From Orbicella franksi (lineage: Eukaryota): a stretch of DNA of 64,000 nt. The stretch covers positions 24,428,001-24,492,000 of the forward strand of contig OZ116699.1 in assembly GCA_964199315.1 (NCBI GenBank), read 5' to 3'. Below the pieces are notes generated by a model, which did no database searches, had not been told where the DNA came from, and worked only from the letters and a program-made list of their open reading frames with translations. Below, piece by piece: positions 1 to 9,727 of this stretch; the stretch's first letter is position 1; every line of letters starts with the position of its first letter. The position numbers and the translations under genes were made by a program.

Positions 1-83
1 TCAAATCCAGAACACTGTAAATTCGCATATTTACTTGTTTCTGTGGGGAAAGGCTGGGAAAGTAGTTCGAAAAATTGTTAGCC

Positions 84-310
84 AGGTGCGTTGTAGTGGG
101 ATGTAGCAACACAGCAAACGTACAGGAGGTACTGCGCTTCATGCCATACCGTTTTATGGGGAGATGATCGTCCTGAAAAGAAGAAACGTACAAAGCGATG
201 GATCGATTTCGTGAAAGCGAAACGTGCAAAGTAAGAGGCGTCTGAGTTTGGTGATCTGTTCTAAGCGTTTCAAACAAGATGATTTCGCTCGACGCCTGGA
301 TTTTCAGCGA
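84..310 (+). pseudogene. Degenerate THAP (C2CH zinc finger) domain, probably the N-terminus of a dead transposase
   Basis: Frameshifted reading gives RCVVVGCSNTA...ALHAIPFYG...KRWIDFVKAKRAK*...VICSKRFKQDDF. This matches the THAP signature CxxxxC...P...W...CxxHF, with stops and frameshifts. Confidence 0.7.
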
Positions 311-1055
311 GAGGAAGGGATTTTGCTGATTCCATGGCTTAAGTGAGACGAATTTGGAATAACCGCTTTTCCGTCGATTCATGCAGCCGGTGTTGCATCG
401 ATCTGATCTGATAAACAGCAGCAGGTCAGTCAGCACAGCCGATAGATACAGAAAAATGGTGAAATATTTTTTTCCGAGCAAATGTTACCTGCCTTTGTAT
501 GTTAGTTTCCTTCCTTGTTCAATTCTTTGAAAAAGAAATCTGTAAGGGTATTTTGGGCAAGAAAGTCATGCAAACAAGCACATTAGTTTGGAAGACCCAC
601 CGTTCAACAAATGTGGCCATGGAGACATTCAAGCAAGGAATGGCTTAGAATTAGTTTATATGTTCAGAACCCTTTTTACATGTGGGTATTATCAATATAC
701 AGAGAACATACTTCGGCCAGGACCACAACAATTTCAAGCTGTCTGTGTATGTGTCTGTTTCTGCATGAGGCTTGTGGACTTTAATTGTATTTATAGGACG
801 TTTTAATTATTGATACCATGGTAACACGTGCTAATGAGATTGCATCTCTGCTGGCCAAATGCTCTTGCAAATGAGGACACGTTGTTCCAGAAACATTGTT
901 GAAGACACAAATATTTCCCTCTTTGCCCAGCATGGGAAACATTGTTGTGACAAAAAATGTTTCTGATAAATATTATTTTTTACAGGGACATGGTTGTGTC
1001 CATAACAATACATCTGCAACTTGCTGCACTGTAGAAAAGCCATCATTGAACTGAT

Positions 1056-1071
1056 GTTGTTGTTGTTGTTC

Positions 1072-1111
<40 letters not shown>

Positions 1112-1157
1112 TATTGTTATTATTATTATTATTATCATCATTATCATTATCATTATT
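1056..1157. repeat. (GTT)n/(TTA)n microsatellite
   Basis: Direct reading of the sequence. Confidence 0.95.
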
Positions 1158-1185
1158 TAGCTCATATTAGCTGAGCAGTAGGTGT

Positions 1186-1262
1186 GTATGGGAGAATCTT
1201 GATTGAGAACCAAACGCACTGAGGTCTGTAAACACGACCGAGGTTAAGATTCTCCCATACAG
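1186..1262. repeat. Short palindromic MITE-like repeat
   Basis: gtatgggagaatctt at one end pairs with aagattctcccatac at the other. Confidence 0.6.
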
Positions 1263-1640
1263 ACTGACTAAGCTTGGTTAATAAGATGTTTACTATAATT
1301 TGCAAAGAAGAATAATTTAATTCTTTTAATGTAACTGGTTTGTACTAACTGACATTTTGCTTTGCTTTTTTTTTTTTTCTCATCAGGCTTTTTGGCACTT
1401 CCATAAATAAGTATTGTTAGAAGAAAACAATGATTTTGCATTTTAGTTTACAACTTTTTCACTGCAAAGCATTATCAGTCTAGATGCCAGTCTAGATGGG
1501 AAGATCTAGTCTGCTTTCAATATCAGTTTCAGCCAGTCAGATTTGTGAATTTGGTAGTTTCCAGTCCTTGTGAAACAGAGTCATATTATTATTAGCTTGT
1601 CATAGTTTGCCAGGAAATAGATTAAAGAATACAGAATCAA

Positions 1641-1671
1641 AAATAAATAAATAAATAAATAAATAAATAAA
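1641..1671. repeat. (AAAT)n microsatellite
   Basis: Direct reading of the sequence. Confidence 0.95.
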
Positions 1672-3144
1672 CAACATAATTTTATTGTTGTCCAGGTTGA
1701 TTGCGACATGTAAATGGTCAGTGAAGGGACACAAACATTAAATTTTCCACTTGACAATAACAGAAAGAAAGGCAGCTGCTTCCAGTTTGTAACACAGGAT
1801 TATAATAATTCACATTTCTAAGCACAAGCGAAGAAAAAGGGGTCCTTTTGATGTTTCATGGGCCTTTTTTTTTATTAGTGTGTTGTGTGAGTAAAACAAA
1901 CTGTCCAGGTGAATAAGACTGATATGTTTTCGAACAAATGCCATATTTTTGCAGAATTGTACAGTTGTAGAACAGTTTGTGTTGCAGTTTGTCAAAATAA
2001 GTACAGTAAATATCAAGCCCACTTTAGTTTTGTTCGAATTCCTCATGAAGGTCAAATCATTCAGAGCTTTCATCCTTTTCAACTGAAAATTCCTGTCTAA
2101 TAATATTATTGCTACATAAAGGAATCCTCTTGTTCCCCAACATCCCATACACCAGCCTAGAGAACTCTTAGTATGAAACACCTCGTAACTAAAAAAAGAT
2201 TAATGGAAAAAAGTTTTCTAGCAGTGGGCATCTTATGGTGAGGGAAGGGGGGGGGGGATAGGGCAGGATACCTAAAAACAAAGCTCAATGAAGAAATCAC
2301 AAAAAGTAACAGTATTGTTCGAGAATCACTAAAGCATGTTTGTTACAGTGATACAGGACTAAACGGGTGTACACTAATCGTAATTCACACTTGACCAAAC
2401 AAAGATTGCAATAACATAACCAACCCCCTAGCTACCCCCCTTTTACTCAGGAACTTTACAATGACTTGTTTATACATGTAACTGATCGTTTCACAACTAT
2501 ATACTTGTAGATTGGAAGAATCACTGTTAAGTGTGCATGCCTGGATTACCTCTCTTTGCTGCCAATTTGATGATAGGTTTGCTTCCCTTTAGTTTTGTAT
2601 TTGTCCGCTGCTAATCTTAAACTCCATTTCTGAAGGCATACAGGTTTAATTCCTTGATATTCAGTAACACACTTTAAGATAACATCAGCGCCAATATTTT
2701 CAAGAGCAAGATCACTCTTCTTTGAGTCTTGACAACCATAACATTCGTTGATGTTTTGAAGGGAAGCGACGCTACAATTTCTACACTTGCACGTAAAGAA
2801 CACAAACACTGTCATGGGATAATCATTTTGATCTACATTAAACGCATGAAGTTAAAATAATTTGAGAAAGTGAACGGACTTGACTGTTATTACGAAAGTA
2901 CATTAGTGCGAGATCGAAGGCGCGAAGATATAGTAAAGACGCGCCACGCGCTACAGTCTTACTAGTATCACTCTTCGACTTCTACATACTACCGAAACAG
3001 GTAGACCGCGAATTGAAAGATACGCGTGACAGTTGATTTTGGCGCTAAACGTCAACGACTTAGGTCACGTGGCTTTGTTTTTCAAACCAAAAACACGAAC
3101 TCGCGTGGTCACATTCCTAAGAGCGCGATAGAGCGAGTCAAAGA

Positions 3145-4212
3145 ATTGCGTTCTCCGTAAACAGCAAAGGGCGAAGTTACTACCGAGGAAAATCAATCGA
3201 TGAAAGTTTGAGAGGAAGTGTTATCGACTCCATTATGGCGGAAGGCGGAGATCCAGCCTCAGGGTTCTTTCCAGGAAAGTTTGCCGATGTTGCTAACCGC
3301 TTCAGAGTGTCAACTCAATTTGTTTCAAAGTTATGGCAAAATTTGTGCGCTACGGGTGACCATTTGCCTTCGAAGAAACTATCAGGTAATCCGTCACACC
3401 TCAAGCCTGAGGACATAGAACTGATGGAATTTCTCAAACAGGAGAAGCCTTCCCTTCCCTATAAATCGGTTGAAGATGTTCTTGAAAACTACAGTACTTT
3501 AGACGGCGGAACGCCCTTGACAGCGATCGGAAATGTTATCAGGAATAAGCTGCCAGAAGGACCTTACACTAGAAAACGACTGACGAAGGCATCTGCGGAA
3601 AAATTTACCCCTGTGAACACAGTTTACTGTCAACAGTTTCTAAATACTTTGAGTGCTTTGACACCAGAAAAACTTAAATTTTTCGATGAGGCTGGCGTTC
3701 ATAGTGGGACAGGAAACCCCGCTTATGGAAATTCTCTCAAAGGGGGAATAGCGGTTGAAATAATTTCTGGAAATAAAAAAGGAGCAAATGTAACGCTTAG
3801 CTTATTGTGTGGACTGGAAGGAGTACTGTATGCAAATACTGTGGAGGGCGCGTCGGATTCTACAAATTTTCTCAATTTCTTCGCTGAAGCTGGCCAAGCC
3901 ACAACCGCACTCGGTAATCCAGCAATTGAATTTGGTGATTATATCATTCTTGACAATTGCGCCACACATCGTTTCGAGACTGGGGACATTTTGCAAAGAT
4001 GGCTATTGCACATGGGAGCACAAATCGTTTACACTCCATCCCTTTCACCAGAATTCAACGTCGCAGAATTCGTTTTCAATCAATTGAAAACTGTTTTAAA
4101 GAAGGAGGAATTTCGATGCCTATTGCGTGAAAACGTTCATGTTGCAATCTTTGAGGCGTTGGAACTCATAACTACTGAGGACATGTTTGGTTTTTATAGC
4201 TTTATCTTGTAG
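3145..4212 (+). CDS. DD37E transposase (DDE_3/IS630-like); start codon possibly decayed (ATT at 3145)
   Basis: Motifs FFDEAG, IILDNCATH and YTPSLSPEFNVAEFVF, with 37 residues counted between the second D and E. The frame stays open upstream of the TTG at 3208 (IAFSVNSKGRSYYRGKSIDESLR). Confidence 0.88.
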   Translation: MAFSVNSKGRSYYRGKSIDESLRGSVIDSIMAEGGDPASGFFPGKFADVANRFRVSTQFVSKLWQNLCATGDHLPSKKLSGNPSHLKPEDIELMEFLKQEKPSLPYKSVEDVLENYSTLDGGTPLTAIGNVIRNKLPEGPYTRKRLTKASAEKFTPVNTVYCQQFLNTLSALTPEKLKFFDEAGVHSGTGNPAYGNSLKGGIAVEIISGNKKGANVTLSLLCGLEGVLYANTVEGASDSTNFLNFFAEAGQATTALGNPAIEFGDYIILDNCATHRFETGDILQRWLLHMGAQIVYTPSLSPEFNVAEFVFNQLKTVLKKEEFRCLLRENVHVAIFEALELITTEDMFGFYSFIL

Positions 4213-4770
4213 CTACGTCAGTTAAATTTTATTCGCTGTGTACTGAATCGAATTACTTTGTTAACTAAAGAACCTGTTGATCTGATATAAAAACAACACG
4301 AGTTTTTATTCATTTGTCTGATGAAAGTTTCAGTTTACATTTACTATTATTGCAGCAAGCATGTCGCGTAAAGTAACATTTGTACAAAACTGTAGAACTT
4401 CAACAATGGTTAATGTAAGTTACAATTTACGTTTCTTGAACAATATTAAAACTTTCAATGTTTTGTTCTAGTCCATTTGTAACTGAGAATCGCTGAAGTG
4501 GCAGCGCGTGCATGTTTGTTTATTTTCAGTATTTCGTTGTCTTTGTCGGCTGTAGACCTTATAAACAGAAAAATACAACATGAAATTACTCTTTTCCAAG
4601 GAAAAAATGTTTATCTTTCTTAGTATCGGAATTTTAAACGCATTAACTTAAAAATTTCAAGAGCAGTAAAATATGTACTCTTTAAAAGCACAACATGGTT
4701 CAAGCAGGTAATTGACAGCCAGACAGTTTGTCTCCTGCTGAATCGCACCGTATTTTGAAACGAAGACTAT

Positions 4771-6282
4771 TTAATTTGAGCTTAGTTCGGACAAATTTAG
4801 TAGAGCATTTGCAGCATCGTTAAGTTCCGTTCGCTCATTGTCATCATTTCCTTCACTCGTGGAAAGTGTCGCTCGGGTGATAGTCGCGCTGGGTTTAGTT
4901 TGCGTACCAAGCAAGTACAAGTTGCTTTCCTTCAGTGCAGCGGCCAGTTGTTGCTCTTCGTCTTCGACTGTTAATGGTTGGAGTTCTGTGCCAGTTGAAT
5001 AAGATTCGCTAAAAGTAAAGCTAAGCGGCGAGTCTACGGGTTTATATTGCAGAGGTTCAGGGGTTTCTGAAGGCCATTTAATGCCTTTTAATTCCCATAA
5101 AGTTCGCACGGGATTTCCTTGGTGTGGCACTTAGTAGCTTTCTAGCACTATCTTCTTGTCATATTCCGTCAGTGCCTCAAGTAAGCTGAGCCCAACTGGG
5201 GCAATTTTTCCTTTAAAATGCGATTCAAGTTTCTTTAAATCCATGTTAACCTGACGCCAGTTTTCAAACCCTTGAGTATTTAGGTAGCGTGGCTTGCACT
5301 CGTTAATCAATCGCGATCGCATAAGACTTGAGAATGAGTTTGATGTTTGATTCTTTAGTGCTATCTTCATTGACAAAGTGTTTTTCAGTTTCTCAAGACC
5401 TTTCTTTGCATTGTTCAGTTCGTTAACTGCGCGAGAAACAACATCTTTTTCATCTTTGTGTTTGCTTAAGTCACAACAAAATTCTGCTGATTGGCAAGGG
5501 TGAGCTTTGTACGGGCAGTTGACGCGATTGTGCCTTTCACGCCGATGACAGTTGGTACAAGGTTTCGAATAATCGATCCCCGCATGTTTGCCGTATCTAG
5601 CCATCAATCGCTGTACTTCCTCTTCTTTTTCCGCCACCTTTTTCCTCTCTTTTTTTACTTCTTCTTGTTTATCTGATATGAGGAGATCCAAGGGGGACAT
5701 ATAATGATTTGATCGTGGCCCACGATTTAGCGCGCTGTTTTCAGGCAAATCGCCTGTACTAACTCGGCGCTGTTGTTTTCGAGGTGGAGATAGATAGGTT
5801 TTGCTCGTTCCAACGTCAGGAATCAGATCATCTTCGGAAGAGGTGTTGGGTAGAGATTTCGGAGTAGACGAAAGAAGCAGATATTTTGAGCAGTTCTCGC
5901 CAAATTTGAGTTTTTTCTTCGAATCTCTGTCTGTTTCGCTTCCCTCTCTCATCTGCTGACGCTTCGCGGAAATTAACTCAGGTGTTGATTTAGGTTGCCA
6001 CGTGATTTTTATCTTTAAACGGCGAAATGTCGTTCCTTGCACTTTGGAAGCACAACGCTAAGCATCGTGGAAGGAGTCGTTCGGGCGTATGGTTACCAAC
6101 GTGTTCTCATCATCCGTGTACAGTACTCGTAGTTCCGTGTCAGGTATAAACTGTAAACTCTCAATTTTACCTCTAATTACTTGCATGAGATCTTCAAAAT
6201 TCTGTATTATACTTTCGGTGAAGATGACTTCACACCTGTCGACTCCTTCTGGGATGCTATAAAAAACTTTTAGCTGCAACAT
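4771..6282 (-). pseudogene. Transposon ORF2, ~503 codons: PB1-like N-terminus, CxxCx4-5Hx4C knuckle, coiled coil; two in-frame stops
   Basis: Track ORFs 6282-6058, 6042-5131 and 5130-4771 are one frame broken only by TAG 6058-6060 and TAA 5131-5133. Motifs YTDDENTLVTI and CTNCHRRERHNRVNC...CQSAEFCCDLSKH. Confidence 0.8.
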
Positions 6283-7316
6283 ACTTGTGACCAGAGAAGG
6301 AAGAAAAGCAAAAAGGGCAACTATTGCGAATAATCGTAGAGTTCTGGAATGTGGTCACGTGAGTTCATGTTTTTGGTTTGAAAAACAAAGCCACGTGACC
6401 TAAGTCGTTGACGTTTAGCGCCAAAATCAACTGTCACGCGTATCTTTTAATTCGCGGTCTACCTGTTTCGGTAGTATCATTGCCTTCGAGTCTGTCCATC
6501 AGAGCTCGTTCGAGTTCTTTGTCAGCATCCACCACCTGGTATTTGGCTGTCCATTCTCCATTGGCCAGAGAGTAGTCAGCATACAAATCAGCTCGGTCGT
6601 CACCGTTTGACTATTCAGTTTGCGATGTTGATAAGCGTGAGCGGTCATTCTCTTCAGCGATATAATAAATTTCAGAGTTTTCCGAGCCAAAGCTCATTTC
6701 AGAATCAGACGAACTAGAAGACATTGTTAGTAAAAACAGAAATCGGTCGACTGCGGAGTCCCAGCGAAAGAACTTGTGCTGCAAAAAGGCTTCTACACTC
6801 GGACAAAATAAAAGATCTGACTGGGACAGCCGAAGCATTCGTTCTGGATTTGACGTCACAGCTTTAACTCTCCCCAGATTCTCTACTGATTTCCCAGAAC
6901 CTAACTTGATAAGTGATGCCTCAATTGCTTTTTAAAAAATGACCGGGAAACTGCTACCATGCCTACTTGATTTAGTCGCGAAGTGTTGTTAAAATGGTCT
7001 TTAAACTAAATCGATGGAGAAATTGACACAGTTTTAACTACCTTTTGCAAGGTTCAAGCTCTCCTCTTTGTACTTAAATAATTCTCGTAGTTTTAAAATA
7101 GATTTATTCGCGAAATTTTATCAGTTGGAAACGTTTTGTCACGACTCTATAATTACTATTGATACTTTGACACCTGGGAGTGGCTTCCTACATGTAACAA
7201 TGGAAAGATGCTGAATTTGTTGCCCTTGAGAAGGTCTTTTTAGCTTGAGCGCTTTGTTGCTCCATTTCAGACCATGTGATGATACTCTTGCGAATTCTCG
7301 CTTTCAAATTTTTAAA

Positions 7317-9663
7317 TAGTCGTGTGTGTATGAATGAATAATTTTTAGATGAGCAATTCTCTAGAGAATATCACGTGGTCGGTAATGGAAAACAAACCGC
7401 CCAGGTTAAAGAGCCCTGTATCTTTAGCACGATTCTTCGATAAGAGGCGTGATCCACTAGAGTTTTTCCGCACAACAACCTCACAGATCAGCTTTACCCA
7501 TTATGACACTAGACATGTAAATTCCCCGCCCGTTCGATTGTAAGGGCCTGTTACTTCATGTCAAAATCTTTAAAGAGCTGACCTAGAAATGTACGCATTT
7601 GTTACTGAACGCCATGTTTCTTTATTCAAAGGTGACCTGTAGCGATGAAGAAACAACCTCGACAAAGCTATCATGTAGATAAAGAGCGTTGGATCGAGTC
7701 GTTAGTCTATAATTACAACGATTTTGTAAAGATCTTCTATATCTGAGAAGCAATCATATGCTTTTAAAATTTATGTGGTTTTATAAGGTATTTGCGAAAC
7801 TAGCGAGCTGAATAAAATAAACAGCAAAGTCACTCCAATTCACATCTGGACGTGCGACTCTTTCTTGAAAGCCGAACGTGCCATCTCATTTACATGCCTG
7901 AGGTCGTGAGATGCATATTTGCATTTGTAAGGTTCTTAGTGGAGAAAAGCACTACTTAGGACAAAGCGTGACGCAACACTACAACAAACAAACAGTAAAA
8001 TCTGCTAAAACTCTTTGCTCAAAGGTCATCGCTCAAGTTCTAAAGTATAACTTCTAGTGTTGCGATCGGCAATAGAAATTTTTTAAGGTTTGTACATTTT
8101 ATTTTTTTGTTTCATTTTTTAAAACGTTTCGTGCAGCAAGGGCGGCGAAGAGCGTTCAAGGGTTGAACATGAATAGCGGGCCTAAAATATATTCCGCCCA
8201 TTATTTGCCACGTTTCACAGGGCTCTATAGTCGTGTGTGTATGAACGAATAATTTTTAGACGAGTAGAGCGTTTTTACATGACGTCATTAAATTCTTAAA
8301 TCCAAAACTAAAGAGCCCCCAAAGTTTTTATCCTCATTAGGCATAAGAGGTACTAATTTTATACCTGTTTACAACTTTCCAGCACAATAGCGTCCTTCAT
8401 TTGGAAACCAGAGCAATGTGAATTACATAGTTATGGCGGTGCGTGACATAAAGCTACGATCGCATTTGTCGAAAAACTGTATTTATCTCGTGATTTTTAG
8501 CCATTTAAGAAGTTAAACTACTTGGAAAAGTGCTTATTTAAATGTTTGTTTGTTCATTGCAGTTAATCAGTGTCCTAGATAGCCAAAGTAAGTTCCAGAT
8601 GTTAACACTATTTTCCGGCCGCAGTATTGATGCACCACCAATGGCGGCTTCAAACTAGGCTCTGTAAATTTTCGCGGAACACTTCGACAAATATCTCAAC
8701 CTTGGGACAACGCACACACCTTAAACTTGGAGAACTGTCTTCTTTATGTAACTTCTATAACATCACAGTTTCTTGACTTAACCCACTGAATGGTTTTTGA
8801 TTTTATTTTATATTGCGTGACAGTGAAAACGCTCTGGAAGGAACAATTCTCTAGATAATATCACGTGGTCAGTAGTGGAAAACAAAGCCCCCAGGTTAAA
8901 AAGGTCTGTATCTTTTATAACACGATTCTTCGATAAGTGGCGTGATCCACTAGAGTTTTTCCGCACAACAACTTCACAGATGCAGATTTACCCATTATGA
9001 CACTAGACATGTAAATTCCCCGCCCGTTCGATTATAAGGGCCTGTTACTTCATGTCAAAATCTTTAAAGAGCTGACCTGGTTACCTGTTAAGGTTACCTT
9101 GAGCGAAGAGCAAACAGCCTCGACAAAGCTATCATGTAGATAAAGAGCGCTGGATCGAGTCGTTAGTCTATAATTACAACGATTTTGTAAAGATCTTCTA
9201 TATCTGAGAAGCAACCATATGCTTTTAAAATTTATGTGGTTTTATAAGGTATTTGCGAAACTAGCGAGCTGAATAAAATAAACAGCAAAGTCACTCAGTT
9301 CACAACTTGACGTGCGTGAGACGTGCCATCTCATTTACATGCCTAAGGTTGTGAAATAAATATTTGCATTTGTAAGGTTCTTAGTGCAGGAAAGCACTAC
9401 TTAGGACAAAGCGTGACGCAGTACAACAACAAACAAACAGTAAAATTTGCTAAAACTCTTTGCTCAAAGGTCATCATCGTTCAAGTTCTAAAGTATAACT
9501 TCCAGTGTTGGTCAGTGTTGCGATCGGCAATAGAAATTTTTTAAGGTTTGTACAAGGGCGGTGAAGGGCGGTGAAGGGCGTTCAAGGGTTGATCATGAAT
9601 AGCGGGTTAAGACGGGCGTAAAATATATGCCGCCGATTATTTGCCACGTTTCACAGGGCTCTA
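7317..9663. repeat. Tandem duplication of a ~911-bp unit ending 65 bp upstream of the HSP70-like ATG
   Basis: Copy 1 is 7317-8227. Copy 2 is 8228-9663 and is interrupted by an insertion. Both start tagtcgtgtgtgtatgaa and end gccacgtttcacagggctcta. Confidence 0.9.
8265..8836. mobile_element. MITE-like insertion in duplicate copy 2
   Basis: Absent from copy 1; its ends agagcgttttta... and ...gtgaaaacgctct are inverted repeats. Confidence 0.65.
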
Positions 9664-9727
9664 TTTAATCTGCAGAATCTCGTTGTGTGAAAGACAGGTT
9701 TGGTGAGTGGTGCTAAGTTTAAAAACC

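Larger units (their letters stand above)
2988..6475 (+). mobile_element. Two-ORF IS630/Tc1-mariner DNA transposon (DD37E, L31-like)
   Basis: About 129-bp near-perfect TIRs at 2989-3117 and 6346-6474 (ctaccgaaacaggtagaccgcg...). Transposase on + and a second ORF on -. Confidence 0.92.
2030..6724 (-). pseudogene. P2X7 C-terminal ballast-like (KolX-like) Cys-rich gene, split by the DD37E insertion
   Basis: Exon 1 is 6724-6477 plus about 2986-2968 (MSSSSSDSE...LYADYSLANGEWTAKY...RLEGND/VEVEEW). Exon 2 is 2792-2549 (CKCRNCSVASLQNINECYGC...CVTEYQGIKPVCLQKWSL). Exon 3 is 2188-~2030 (LRGVSY*EFSRLVYGMLGNKRIPL). It has internal stops and a mutated acceptor. Confidence 0.65.
1..6925. mobile_element. 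Decayed host DNA transposon, Kolobok-like layout (THAP on +, convergent Cys-rich gene on -); left end outside the window
   Basis: THAP relic at 84-310 and a convergent P2X7-ballast-like gene at 6724-2030. Bases 1-13 (tcaaatccagaac) are the exact reverse complement of 6841-6853. The right end is approximate. Confidence 0.45.

Noticed and set aside
7317-9727. Heat-shock elements upstream of HSP70
   Set aside because: Only partial GAA/TTC pairs with the wrong spacing were seen.
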